Source of the DNA: an uncultured Porphyromonadaceae bacterium
GTDB taxonomy: Bacteria; Bacteroidota; Bacteroidia; Bacteroidales; Muribaculaceae
DNA: 64,000 nt
Assembly (NCBI GenBank): GCA_947178215.1
Contig: CAMWXJ010000005.1
Location: 13,795-77,794 of the forward strand
Direction: 5' to 3'
The translations under genes were made by a program, and so were the position numbers. Under the pieces are notes generated by a model. That model had not been told where the DNA came from, made no database searches, and worked only from the letters and a program-made list of their open reading frames with translations. Of the stretch, positions 17,742 through 27,710 are shown piece by piece (positions within the stretch are counted from its first letter, which is position 1; each line of letters opens with the position of its first letter).

Positions 17742-19688
17742 ATGAGCTACCTGAAATTTGATAAAAACCTCATGATTAACTTGGAGCAATCGCTCAAAAA
17801 AGAGATGCTCCGCACAAATCAGTCAGGCGCTTATCACTGTACGACGGTCGTCGACTGCAACACACGCAAGCAACACGGCCTACTTGTCATCCCCATCCCC
17901 GAGTTTGACAACACTCCACATGTGCTTCTGTCGTCGATGGATGTCACTGTCATACAGCACGGCGCCCCCTTCAACCTGGGACTTCACCGCTATCAGGGCG
18001 GAGTTTACAGCCCCAACGGTCACAAGTACATCCGTGAGTTTGATTGTGAAAGCGTGCCCCGCACCACCTATCGCGTAGGCGGTGTGATTCTCACAAAGGA
18101 GAAAATGTTCATCTCCCACGAAAACCGCTTCCTTATCCGTTACACCCTCGTCGACGCACACTCGGAGACCACACTGCGTTTCAAGCCGCATCTCGCGTTC
18201 CGCGAGGCCAACTCGCTTGTGATGGCCAACGACAACATTAACACCGGGATGACTCCGGTGCCCAATGGCGAGAGCTGCTGCCTCTACCCGGGCTACCCCA
18301 CCCTCTATATGCAGTACAACCACGAGCCTAAGTGGGTGAGCGACCCCAACTGGTACAAAGGCTTCGAATATATCAAGGATATGGAGCGCGGCGTGCCCTA
18401 CCTCGAAGACCTCTGGGTGCCCGGCTACTTCGAGATGCCTATCAAGAAAGGCGAGAGCATTATCTTCTCGGCAGGCATCTCTGAGATTGATCCTGCGTCG
18501 CTCGAAGAGATGTGGGAGAAGGAAATCGCCACCCGCACTTGCCGCACCTCGTTCTTCAACTGCCTTAAAAATGCCGCCAAGCAGTGCTACCTCAAAGATA
18601 AAGACGGAATGTTCATCATCTCGTCGTATCCCTGGGGCAAGGTTCGCGCCCGCGACACCTTCATGGCGCTTCCCGGCTCAACCATAACCATCGACCACCG
18701 CGCCGACTACGAAGCCATAATGTCGACCGCCGCAAAGGCGCTCCGCCGCTACATGGACACCGGCGCACTCGACAACCGCATTCACGGCATCGACCTCCCC
18801 GACGTGGGCCTGTGGGCAATCTGGGCCATACAGCAGTATGGCAAAGCCTACGGCGCTGACGCGTGCGCCGAACGCTACATGTCGCTCGTGGCGAGCATCG
18901 TCAACTATTATCTCGACAACCGCCACCCCAACATGAACGTCAACCGCGAAAACGGCCTTATCGAGACCCTCGGCACCACTACCCCGGCTTCGTGGATGAA
19001 CTCCACCCTCAACGGCCGCCCGGTAGTGCCCCGCACAGGCTATCTCGTGGAGTTCAACGCCATGTGGTACAACGCACTGATGTTTGCCTCGGCGCTCGCT
19101 GAAGGCCGCGACGGCTACGGCGAGGCCCGCACACGCTGGACTGATACCGCCGAGCGCCTGAAACCCGCTTTCGTATCGACATTCCTCAACGACTACGGCT
19201 ATCTCTACGACTATGTTACCGGCAACTACGCCGACCCCTCGGTGCGCCCCAACATGGCCGTGGCGATCGGACTCGACTATTGCCCGCTCGACCGCCGTCA
19301 GCGCAAGGGCGTGCTTGATGTAGTGACACGCGAACTCCTCACACCAAAGGGACTCCGCACCCTCTCGCCGAAGAGCTTCGGCTACCGTCCGTTCTACCTC
19401 GGTTCGCCTGAAGAACGCGAGATGGCTCTCCACAACGGCCCGTCGCGCCCCTGGCTCTTCGGCTTCTACACCGACGCATATATACGAGTCTTCGGCCTCT
19501 CCGGAGTAAGCTACCTCGACCGCATGCTCATAGGCTACGAAGACGAGATGACACAAGGATGCATAGGCTCCCTCTCACAGCTTTACGACGGCAACCCGCC
19601 CTTCACCGGCCGCGGTGCCGTGAGCCACGCCGTCAACGTAGCCGAGATTCTCCGCGCCCTCACCACCCTTAAAAAAATCAATAAATAA
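17742..19688 (+). CDS. Glycogen debranching enzyme-like amylo-alpha-1,6-glucosidase (GH133-type, GDE_N + GDE_C)
   Basis: MSYLKFDK, NTRKQHGLL, RDTFMALPG, VEFNAMWYNAL, SVRPNMAVA, LLTPKGLRTLSP. Start at ATG 17742. Confidence 0.85.
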   Translation: MSYLKFDKNLMINLEQSLKKEMLRTNQSGAYHCTTVVDCNTRKQHGLLVIPIPEFDNTPHVLLSSMDVTVIQHGAPFNLGLHRYQGGVYSPNGHKYIREFDCESVPRTTYRVGGVILTKEKMFISHENRFLIRYTLVDAHSETTLRFKPHLAFREANSLVMANDNINTGMTPVPNGESCCLYPGYPTLYMQYNHEPKWVSDPNWYKGFEYIKDMERGVPYLEDLWVPGYFEMPIKKGESIIFSAGISEIDPASLEEMWEKEIATRTCRTSFFNCLKNAAKQCYLKDKDGMFIISSYPWGKVRARDTFMALPGSTITIDHRADYEAIMSTAAKALRRYMDTGALDNRIHGIDLPDVGLWAIWAIQQYGKAYGADACAERYMSLVASIVNYYLDNRHPNMNVNRENGLIETLGTTTPASWMNSTLNGRPVVPRTGYLVEFNAMWYNALMFASALAEGRDGYGEARTRWTDTAERLKPAFVSTFLNDYGYLYDYVTGNYADPSVRPNMAVAIGLDYCPLDRRQRKGVLDVVTRELLTPKGLRTLSPKSFGYRPFYLGSPEEREMALHNGPSRPWLFGFYTDAYIRVFGLSGVSYLDRMLIGYEDEMTQGCIGSLSQLYDGNPPFTGRGAVSHAVNVAEILRALTTLKKINK

Positions 19689-19717
19689 ATCACCCCATTC
19701 CCGCATCTAAATACATC

Positions 19718-20977
19718 ATGAAAGCTTTAATGTTTGGGTGGGAGTTTCCCCCTCATATCCTGGGCGGCCTCGGCACTGCCAGCTACGGCCTCACACGCGG
19801 CATGTGGCAATGCGGCGACATGGACATCACATTCGTCATCCCCAAACCCTGGGGCGACGAAGACCGCTCGTTTGCTCATATCATAGGCGCGTCGCAAGTG
19901 CCGGTGGCATGGCGCGACCCCTCGCGCGAGTACGTCGAGAGCCGGATAGGCAACCTCATGGACCCTGACCTCTACTTCAAGCTGCGCTCCAACATATACG
20001 CCGACTTCAATTACATGCGCACCAACGACTTGGGCTGCATCGAGTTCTCGGGCCGTTATCCCGACAATCTGCTTGAAGAAATCAACAATTACTCGATAAT
20101 GGCCGGCGTTGTGGCCCGCACTCTCGACTTTGACATCATCCACTCACACGACTGGCTCACCTATCCCGCCGGCATACACGCCAAGCAGGTCACCGGCAAG
20201 CCCCTGGTGATTCACGTACACGCAACCGACTTTGATCGTTCGCGCGGCAACGTCAACCCCACGGTGTTCGGCATCGAGAAAGACGGAATGACCCATGCCG
20301 ACCATATCATCACCGTATCGAATCTCACCCGCGATACCGTGATAAACAAGTATGGCATCGACCCGGCCAAGGTCACCACCGTACACAACGCCGTGACCCC
20401 CCTCTCGGAGGAGCTGCTTAACGTCAATCCTCCCCGCGCCAAGGAAAAAGTAGTTACCTTCCTCGGGCGCATCACCATGCAGAAAGGTCCCGAATACTTC
20501 GTCGAGGCCGCGGCCAAGGTGCTCCGCAACAACCATAACGTGCGCTTCGTAATGGCCGGCTCCGGCGACATGATGGACAAGATGATACTGCTGGCCGCCG
20601 AGCGCGGCATCGCCGACCGCTTCCACTTCCCTGGATTCCAGAAAGGCAAGCAGGTCTACGAGATGCTCAAAGCCAGCGACGTGTATATCATGCCCTCGGT
20701 ATCAGAGCCTTTCGGCATCTCTCCACTGGAAGCGATGCAGATGGGCGTGCCCTCGATAATATCGAAGCAGAGCGGCTGCGCCGAAATCCTCACCAACGTG
20801 ATAAAGACCGACTACTGGGACATAGACGCTATGGCCGATGCCATCAACTCTATCGTGACCTATCCGGCCATGTACGAGCAGCTTCGTGAAGACGGCCTCG
20901 AAGAGGTCAACCGCATCACATGGGACAAAGCCGGCCAGAAAGTAATCGACATCTACAACAAGGTTCTCGGCCGCTGA
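19718..20977 (+). CDS. GT4-family glycosyltransferase (alpha-glucan/glycogen synthesis locus)
   Basis: GWEFPPHILGGLG, HSHDWLT, FLGRITMQKGPEYF, PSVSEPFGISPLEAM (E-x7-E). Confidence 0.9.
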   Translation: MKALMFGWEFPPHILGGLGTASYGLTRGMWQCGDMDITFVIPKPWGDEDRSFAHIIGASQVPVAWRDPSREYVESRIGNLMDPDLYFKLRSNIYADFNYMRTNDLGCIEFSGRYPDNLLEEINNYSIMAGVVARTLDFDIIHSHDWLTYPAGIHAKQVTGKPLVIHVHATDFDRSRGNVNPTVFGIEKDGMTHADHIITVSNLTRDTVINKYGIDPAKVTTVHNAVTPLSEELLNVNPPRAKEKVVTFLGRITMQKGPEYFVEAAAKVLRNNHNVRFVMAGSGDMMDKMILLAAERGIADRFHFPGFQKGKQVYEMLKASDVYIMPSVSEPFGISPLEAMQMGVPSIISKQSGCAEILTNVIKTDYWDIDAMADAINSIVTYPAMYEQLREDGLEEVNRITWDKAGQKVIDIYNKVLGR

Positions 20978-21037
20978 GCCACGCCCGTCTCCTCTTAAAT
21001 CATATCCATCTAAAAAAAAGCCTCCTCCAACATAGCA

Positions 21038-22510
21038 ATGAAAGCAATCTGTTTCTACTTCCAGATCCACCAGCCTTTCCGCCTCAAGCGCTACCGCTTC
21101 TTCGACATAGGCAACGACCACTACTACTACGACGACTTCGCCAACGAGGACATCGTGACCCGCATCGCGCGCAACTCTTACATCCCCGCCGCCGAGAGCC
21201 TGCTACGCATGATTGAGCAGAGCGAAGGACGCTTCCGCTGCGCTATCTCCGTAACCGGCGTAGCGCTCGAACAGTTCGAGCAGTATGTGCCCGAGTTCAT
21301 CGACATCCTCAAAAAGCTCGCCGCCACAGGCAAGGTGGAGTTCCTCGCCGAGACCTACTCCCACTCGCTCGCCTCACTCACCGACCCCGACGAGTTCGCC
21401 GAGCAGGTACGCCTCCACGACGAAAAGATACAGCTCATCTTCGGCCAGAAACCCACCGTGCTCCGCAACACCGAGCTCATCTACTGCGACGAGCTCGCCC
21501 CGCAGATTTACTCCATGGGCTACAAGGCAGTGATTACCGAGGGCGCGAAACACATCCTCGGCTGGAAGTCGCCCAACTACGTATATTCGGCTGCAGACTG
21601 CCCCGCACTCAAACTCCTCCTCAAAAACTCGAAGCTTTCCGACGACATCTCCTTCCGCTTCTCCAACGCCGACTGGGACGCATATCCCCTTACCGCCGAC
21701 AAGTACATCGACTGGATTGCCCAGACACCTCCCGAGGAGCAGATTGTCAACCTCTTCATGAATCTCGAAACATTCGGCGAGCTCCAGCACCGCGATTCGG
21801 GCATCTTCCAGTTCCTCGAAGCTCTTCCCCGCTTCGCCGCCGAAAAGGGCATCGAGTTCATCACCCCGTCCGACGCCGTTGCCAAGCTCAAACCTGTGGG
21901 CGAGCTCACCGTGCTCCATCCCATTTCATGGGCCGACGAAGCCCGCGACACATCGGCATGGCTCGGCAACAAGCTCCAGCGCGAGGCTTTCGACAAGCTC
22001 TACTCCGTATCCGAGCGCGTACGCCTCTGTGACGACCGCCGCCTCAAACAGGACTGGAACTATCTCCAGGCATCCGACCACCTCTTCTATATGTCGACCA
22101 AGCACATGGCCGACGGCGACATGCACTCGCACTTCTCTCCATACGAAACTCCTTTCCAGGCATTTACAAACTACATGAACGTCCTCGCCGACTTCATCGT
22201 GCGCGTGGAGGAGCAGTACCCCCTCTCCATCGAGAACGAAGAGCTCAACTCGCTGCTTACCACTATCCGCAACCAGGCCACAGAAATCGAGACGCTCAAC
22301 AAGGAGGTTAACTCAATGCGCAAGAACATCGAGCACTACAACGAAGAGCACCTGCTCCGCGAGCCAAAGGCCGAAGAGCCCAAGAAGCCCGGACGCAAAC
22401 CCCGCGCCAAAAAGGCCGACGACGCCGTAGAGCCTAAGGCCGCCAAGAAGCCGGGACGCAAGCCCCGCGCCAAGAAAACCGACACTCCCGCCGAAACCCC
22501 GGAGGCCTGA
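21038..22510 (+). CDS. GH57 alpha-amylase/glucanotransferase family protein with coiled coil and Lys/Pro-rich tail
   Basis: YFQIHQP, ETYSHSL, RNTELIY, LFMNLETFGE, QASDHLFYM. Confidence 0.9.
   Translation: MKAICFYFQIHQPFRLKRYRFFDIGNDHYYYDDFANEDIVTRIARNSYIPAAESLLRMIEQSEGRFRCAISVTGVALEQFEQYVPEFIDILKKLAATGKVEFLAETYSHSLASLTDPDEFAEQVRLHDEKIQLIFGQKPTVLRNTELIYCDELAPQIYSMGYKAVITEGAKHILGWKSPNYVYSAADCPALKLLLKNSKLSDDISFRFSNADWDAYPLTADKYIDWIAQTPPEEQIVNLFMNLETFGELQHRDSGIFQFLEALPRFAAEKGIEFITPSDAVAKLKPVGELTVLHPISWADEARDTSAWLGNKLQREAFDKLYSVSERVRLCDDRRLKQDWNYLQASDHLFYMSTKHMADGDMHSHFSPYETPFQAFTNYMNVLADFIVRVEEQYPLSIENEELNSLLTTIRNQATEIETLNKEVNSMRKNIEHYNEEHLLREPKAEEPKKPGRKPRAKKADDAVEPKAAKKPGRKPRAKKTDTPAETPEA
22382..22483 (+). 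repeat. Imperfect coding direct repeat (2 x 39 nt, 63-nt period) encoding KKPGRKPRAKK
   Basis: AAGAAGCCCGGACGCAAACCCCGCGCCAAAAAGGCCGAC at 22382 and AAGAAGCCGGGACGCAAGCCCCGCGCCAAGAAAACCGAC at 22445. Confidence 0.9.
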
Positions 22511-22540
22511 GCTGCCCGCCGGTAAAGCGATAAACATTAC

Positions 22541-22595
22541 AGCCGCTGTAGCTGTCGCACCCATTTGAAAGGTGCTACAGTTACGGCGGCTTTTT
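22541..22595 (+). terminator. Intrinsic terminator after the alpha-glucan operon
   Basis: AGCCGCTGTAGCTGT...ACAGTTACGGCGGCT stem followed by a T-tract. Confidence 0.75.
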
Positions 22596-22634
22596 GTTGA
22601 CGTGCCGCATTTTGCCCGATTGAAATATTTTGCG

Positions 22635-22642
22635 TAATTTTG
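22635..22642 (+). promoter_or_regulatory. -7 promoter element for the DUF2723 operon
   Basis: TAATTTTG preceded by TTTTG. Confidence 0.6.
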
Positions 22643-22707
22643 CGACCGCGGTATGCAGTCCGGTGCGATACCGGCACTGTGCAACGCGCCATTTTTTCAT
22701 CCTTGCA

Positions 22708-25700
22708 ATGAAACGTTACAACCTTATCAACAACCTCCTCGGCTGGCTCTGTTTCATCATAGCCGCCGTGACCTACCTGCTCACCATCGAGCCGACGGCG
22801 AGTTTCTGGGACTGCCCCGAGTTTATCCTTCAAGCCTTCAAGCTTGAAGTAGGACATCCGCCGGGCAACCCTGTGTTCATGCTTGCCGCACGCTTTTTCA
22901 GCAACTTCGCCGGCGGCGACATCACCAAAGTCGCTGCTTGCGTCAACACTATGTCGGCCCTCCTGTCGGCAGGCACTATCCTGCTGCTGTTCTGGACCAT
23001 AACACACCTCGTAAAACGCCTTATAGTCAAGGATGACGCCGATTCGGTATCGCTCACGCAGATGCTCGCCATCTTCGGCTCAGGCATTTGCGGCTCTCTT
23101 GTCTACACTTGGAGCGACACATTCTGGTTCTCGGCCGTCGAGGGTGAGGTCTACGCCTTCTCGTCGTTCTGCACCGCCCTTGTGTTCTGGCTTATCCTCA
23201 AATGGGAAAACCGCGCCGACGAGCCTCACAGCGCCAAGTATCTCACGCTTATCGCCTACGTGATAGGTATATCCATAGCCGTACACCTGCTCAACCTGCT
23301 CTGTATTCCCGCCATTGTGCTGGTAATCTACTACCGCCGCACGGCGCGCCCCAACGCCAAGGGCTCGCTCATCGCGTTGCTCGTGTCGTTTGTAGTAGTG
23401 GCACTGATACTCTTCGGCCTCGTGCCGGGCTTTATCGCCATGGCGCAGAAGTTCGAACTCATGTTTGTCAACGGCATGGGCCTGAGCTTCAATTCAGGCA
23501 CACTCATCTACGCCGTCCTGCTTGTTGCGTCGTTCGTGTGGTCGATGACCATGCTCTACCGAGGCAAGTCGAGGCTCATGATCGCCATATCGTTTACCGT
23601 GATGTGCTTCATGTCGGGCATCTTCCTCCTCGGCGGCCGCTGGTGGCTCAACATCCTGCTGCTTGCCGGACTGTTTGCATATATCCTCCTCGCCAAGAAG
23701 ATGCCTCGCCGCTGGCTCACGCTCGCGTCAATCAGCATATTCCTTATCTTCGTCGGCTACTCGTCGTATGCGCTGCTGCTCATCCGCTCCACCGCATCGA
23801 CCCCGATGAACCAGAATGCCCCCGACAACGTGTTCGCTCTTTCGTCGTACCTCAACCGCGAGCAATACGGTGAGACGCCGCTCCTCTACGGCCAGACCGT
23901 CAACAGCCGTCCGCTCTATGAAGTGGCCGACGACGGCCGTACCACGACCCCAATCGTGAGCGAAGGCGCCGAACTTTACTCCAAGACCGTGAAGACCGAT
24001 CCGTCGGAGCCCGACTCCTACACAATGACGGGCCGCAAGAAGAACTATAAGATGACGCCCGAGCTCAACATGCTCTTCCCCCGCATTTACAGCAACGTGG
24101 AGGGTCATCCCCAAGGCTACGCCGACTGGAGCGGCTTCCGCGGCACCCCCGTGGAGGCCACCGTATATGTCGACAAGAACGGCGAGGCGATACAAAAACA
24201 GCTCATGAGCAAACCCACATTTGCCGAGAACATGAGCTACTTCCTCAACTATCAGCTCAACCACATGTACTGGCGTTACTTCATGTGGAATTTCGCCGGA
24301 CGCCAGAACGACATCCAGGGCAACGGAGAGGTGAACCACGGCAACTGGATTTCCGGCATACCCTTCATCGACAATCCCCGTCTTGGCGACCAAAGCCTTC
24401 TTCCGCCCAGCGAGGGCAGCGACAACAAGGGCCACAACGTGTTCTTCATGCTTCCACTTCTGCTCGGCATCATAGGTCTCGGCTGGCAGGCCTTCACCTC
24501 CAACCGCGGCATCGAGCAGTTCTGGGTCATCTTCTTCCTCTTCTTCATGACCGGCATCGCAATCGTGCTTTACCTCAACCAGACCCCGGGTCAGGTGCGT
24601 GAGCGCGACTATGCCTACGCCGGCTCATTCTATGCCTACGCAATCTGGGTGGGCATGGGTGTGGCCGCTCTGTGGCGTGCATTCATCGCCCTCATCGGCG
24701 ACAAGAAGAAAAAAGGACAGGAAGGCGATGCCGAAGCGGCCAACACTTCGCTCTGGGCCGCAATCGGTGCATGCGTCATTGGCCTGTTCGTGCCGCTCCA
24801 AATGGTGAGCCAGACATGGGACGACCATGACCGCTCCGGACGCTTCGCCGCCCGCGACTTCGGCATGAACTATCTCAACTCGCTCGACGAAAACGCCATA
24901 GTGTTTACCAACGGCGACAACGACACCTTCCCGCTCTGGTATGCCCAGGAGGTGGAAGGCACCCGCACCGACGTAAAGGTGGTCAACCTGTCGTATCTCA
25001 CCACCGACTGGTACGCCAACCAGATTGTGCGCCCCTCATATGAGGCTCCGAAAATCGAGACACTCGCCACTCCGGCCGATTATGCCTACGACAAGATGCA
25101 ATACAGCTATTTCATCGACCCCGACACAAGCCTCGTGCCCGCTCTTGCATCGCTCGCCGAGCTATATTCGCCCCGCGCTACCGCCAACGTGCATGGTGTC
25201 AAGGAAATGAAGTATCCCCGCGTCTATATACCCGTTGACACCGCCGCCCTAATCAAGGCCGGCAAGATGACGCCTGAACAGGCCCGTGAAGCCGTGCCGG
25301 CGCTTGTGACCGACCTCTCCAACCGCGGTTCCTCGTCGGGTGTGACACTCAGTCAGGTACTCTCGCTCGATATGCTTGCCACTTCGGCCGACAACAACTG
25401 GAACCGCCCCGTCTATTTCGCCATGACTGTGCCCGAAAGCTATTATCTCGGCCTCCAGCCCTACATGAAGTCGACCGGTCTGGCATATCAGATCACACCC
25501 TACCTCAACCCCACCAACCGTACGGGCGTGGATATCGACCGCATGTACCGCAACATCACCGAGCGCTTCCGCTGGGGTGGCCTCGACGCCGACAATCCGG
25601 AGAATCTCTATCTCGATGAAACGGTGCGCCGCATGGTGACCACCAACCGCTCGGCCATGCTCGACCTCGCAACAGAGCTCTATAACCGCGCCGTGTCGAC

Positions 25701-26199
25701 TGACTCCCTCACCGACCCCGAGGGCCGCAAACGCGACTTCGACCGCTCGATAGAGATTCTCGACCTGATGCGCGAAAAGCTACCCGAGGCCGCTCAGCCC
25801 TGGGGTATACAGATTGGCTCCGAGACCGCCGAGCTCTACCTGCGCACGGGACTCATCGACAACCGTCCCGAAGCATCGAAAATAGGCATGGAGATACTCG
25901 AAAGCGAAATCGACCGCTATGCGCGCAACATCGTCTATTACCAGAGCCTCAACCCCGTCCAGTACTCGACCCTGCAAAACACCGACAAGTACATCGACCG
26001 CTACTTCTTCTGGGATTTACTGCAAACCTACGTGGACTTCGGCGGCGACACCGACAAGCTCGAGAAATCGCTTGCCGCACTCGGCGTGAACCTCAACCGC
26101 CTCGCAGCAATGCAGGATCAGAACTCCCAGGCGGCTAAATTGCAGGCAGCCGAGCCGGCCGACGCGGCTCCCGCACCATTCCCTGCCGATGCTGATTGA
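22708..26199 (+). CDS. DUF2723 (TMEM260-like) multi-pass membrane GT-C-type glycosyltransferase
   Basis: EPTASFWDCPEF, VGHPPGNP, FWFSAVEGEVYA, WNFAGRQND, RERDYAYAGS, FTNGDNDTFPLWYAQEVEG. Start at ATG 22708. Confidence 0.85.
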   Translation: MKRYNLINNLLGWLCFIIAAVTYLLTIEPTASFWDCPEFILQAFKLEVGHPPGNPVFMLAARFFSNFAGGDITKVAACVNTMSALLSAGTILLLFWTITHLVKRLIVKDDADSVSLTQMLAIFGSGICGSLVYTWSDTFWFSAVEGEVYAFSSFCTALVFWLILKWENRADEPHSAKYLTLIAYVIGISIAVHLLNLLCIPAIVLVIYYRRTARPNAKGSLIALLVSFVVVALILFGLVPGFIAMAQKFELMFVNGMGLSFNSGTLIYAVLLVASFVWSMTMLYRGKSRLMIAISFTVMCFMSGIFLLGGRWWLNILLLAGLFAYILLAKKMPRRWLTLASISIFLIFVGYSSYALLLIRSTASTPMNQNAPDNVFALSSYLNREQYGETPLLYGQTVNSRPLYEVADDGRTTTPIVSEGAELYSKTVKTDPSEPDSYTMTGRKKNYKMTPELNMLFPRIYSNVEGHPQGYADWSGFRGTPVEATVYVDKNGEAIQKQLMSKPTFAENMSYFLNYQLNHMYWRYFMWNFAGRQNDIQGNGEVNHGNWISGIPFIDNPRLGDQSLLPPSEGSDNKGHNVFFMLPLLLGIIGLGWQAFTSNRGIEQFWVIFFLFFMTGIAIVLYLNQTPGQVRERDYAYAGSFYAYAIWVGMGVAALWRAFIALIGDKKKKGQEGDAEAANTSLWAAIGACVIGLFVPLQMVSQTWDDHDRSGRFAARDFGMNYLNSLDENAIVFTNGDNDTFPLWYAQEVEGTRTDVKVVNLSYLTTDWYANQIVRPSYEAPKIETLATPADYAYDKMQYSYFIDPDTSLVPALASLAELYSPRATANVHGVKEMKYPRVYIPVDTAALIKAGKMTPEQAREAVPALVTDLSNRGSSSGVTLSQVLSLDMLATSADNNWNRPVYFAMTVPESYYLGLQPYMKSTGLAYQITPYLNPTNRTGVDIDRMYRNITERFRWGGLDADNPENLYLDETVRRMVTTNRSAMLDLATELYNRAVSTDSLTDPEGRKRDFDRSIEILDLMREKLPEAAQPWGIQIGSETAELYLRTGLIDNRPEASKIGMEILESEIDRYARNIVYYQSLNPVQYSTLQNTDKYIDRYFFWDLLQTYVDFGGDTDKLEKSLAALGVNLNRLAAMQDQNSQAAKLQAAEPADAAPAPFPADAD

Positions 26200-26806
26200 G
26201 CAACCGCCACTGCTTTATCGCCTTCTCTTTCCTGAGGCGATATGGCGTATCAAGCGCCGCGGCCGCAAGGTATGCTACATCACCTTCGACGACGGCCCGA
26301 TACCCGAAGTAACTCCATGGGTCCTTGACCTCCTCGCTTCCGAGGGGGTCAAGGCCACATTTTTCCTCGTGGGCGACAATGTACGCCGACATCCCGAGCT
26401 GCTTGAACGCATCAAGGCCGAGGGCCACTCCTACGGCAACCACACGATGCACCACATGCAGGGCCGAATCTCGACCAAGCGCCGATATCTGCGCGACGTC
26501 AGCGAGGCCCACGCCCTCATTAACTCCCCGCTGTTCCGCCCTCCACACGGACTTCTCCGCTGGGGTCAGTCGGCGGCAATACGAAAGCACTTCAACCTTG
26601 TGATGTACGACCTCGTGACGCGCGACTACTCATGGCGCCTCACTACCGAACAAGTCAAGGCCAATGTACGCCGCTATGTGCGCAACGGCTCGATAATAGT
26701 GTTCCACGACTCGCTCAAAGCCGAAACAAAACTGCGCGAAGTGCTCCCGTGGGCCCTGCGCTATCTGCGCGACGAAGGTTATGAGATGCTCCCTATCCCG
26801 ATGTGA
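26189..26806 (+). CDS. Polysaccharide deacetylase (CE4/NodB)
   Basis: ITFDDGP, GNHTMHH, FRPPHG, IIVFHD motifs all intact. Confidence 0.92.
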   Translation: MLIEQPPLLYRLLFPEAIWRIKRRGRKVCYITFDDGPIPEVTPWVLDLLASEGVKATFFLVGDNVRRHPELLERIKAEGHSYGNHTMHHMQGRISTKRRYLRDVSEAHALINSPLFRPPHGLLRWGQSAAIRKHFNLVMYDLVTRDYSWRLTTEQVKANVRRYVRNGSIIVFHDSLKAETKLREVLPWALRYLRDEGYEMLPIPM

Positions 26807-27710
26807 GGTCGACCGGCTCATGACCTCGACGGGAGCCGCCGCATGGCGCGTGGCACGGTGCGGCACCGTGAGCGACAAGGCCGACAGCGACTTCCGTTCA
26901 TGGCTCGCCGACGGTTGCAACGCCTCCATGACGTGGCTTGCCGACAAAGCTGATATGCGTCGCGACCCGTCGCTGCTGCTCTCCGGCGCAACCTCAGTGA
27001 TAGTGGCCGCGTTTCCCTACCGTCCGGCAGGAGAATCGCCCCGTCCGCGCATGGCAATATCGCTCTACGCCCTCGGGCGCGACTACCACGCCGTACTGCG
27101 CGAACGCCTCGCGCCGGTGGCCGAAGCCATTGATGCCGCCTGCGGCTCACAAAGCCGTATATGCGTCGACTCGGCACCACTCCGCGAACGTTACTGGGCC
27201 GTGGAGGCCGGACTCGGCCGGATAGGCCGCAACAACCTGCTCCTCGTGCCGGAACTCGGCTCAATGCTCTTCCTCGGCTCGATACTCACCACCGCCCGCA
27301 TTGAGCCCGACTCACCACTTCCTCCGTCGGCTCACCCCTGCGCCGACTGCGACGCCCCGTGTGTCAGAGCGTGCCCCACACACGCCATACGCCCCGACTC
27401 GACAGTCGATGCACGCCGCTGCCTCGCCTACCTCACCATTGAGCACCGCGGACAGCTCCCCGAGGGCACCCGCCTCCACGGCCGGGTGTTTGGCTGCGAC
27501 GCCTGCGCCCTCGCCTGCCCCCACAACCGGCAACCGCTCCCTCCCGGTCAGCCGCTGCCCGACTTCGCTCCACTGCCCGAGACAATGAGTCTCGACGCCG
27601 ACGAGCTCACGACCATGAGCCGGCGCGCTTTCGCCCGCCGGTTTGCCCACTCACCCCTCAGCCGCGCCCGTACAGAGACGCTGCTGCGTAATCTGCGCCA
27701 CGATGATTGA
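26781..27710 (+). CDS. queG: Epoxyqueuosine reductase QueG (start uncertain, 26781 or 26820)
   Basis: ISLYALGRDYH, CVDSAPLRERYWA, CADCDAPCVRACPT, RCLAYLTIEHRG, FGCDACALACPHN. Confidence 0.85.
   Translation: MRCSLSRCEVDRLMTSTGAAAWRVARCGTVSDKADSDFRSWLADGCNASMTWLADKADMRRDPSLLLSGATSVIVAAFPYRPAGESPRPRMAISLYALGRDYHAVLRERLAPVAEAIDAACGSQSRICVDSAPLRERYWAVEAGLGRIGRNNLLLVPELGSMLFLGSILTTARIEPDSPLPPSAHPCADCDAPCVRACPTHAIRPDSTVDARRCLAYLTIEHRGQLPEGTRLHGRVFGCDACALACPHNRQPLPPGQPLPDFAPLPETMSLDADELTTMSRRAFARRFAHSPLSRARTETLLRNLRHDD

Noticed and set aside
22382-22483. Direct repeats as a possible CRISPR array
   Set aside because: Only two in-frame coding copies are present, and there are no cas genes.
27330-27400. 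QueG first cluster motif has an extra residue (CxxCxxxCxxxCP)
   Set aside because: All cysteines and the second cluster motif are retained, so this is probably tolerated variation.
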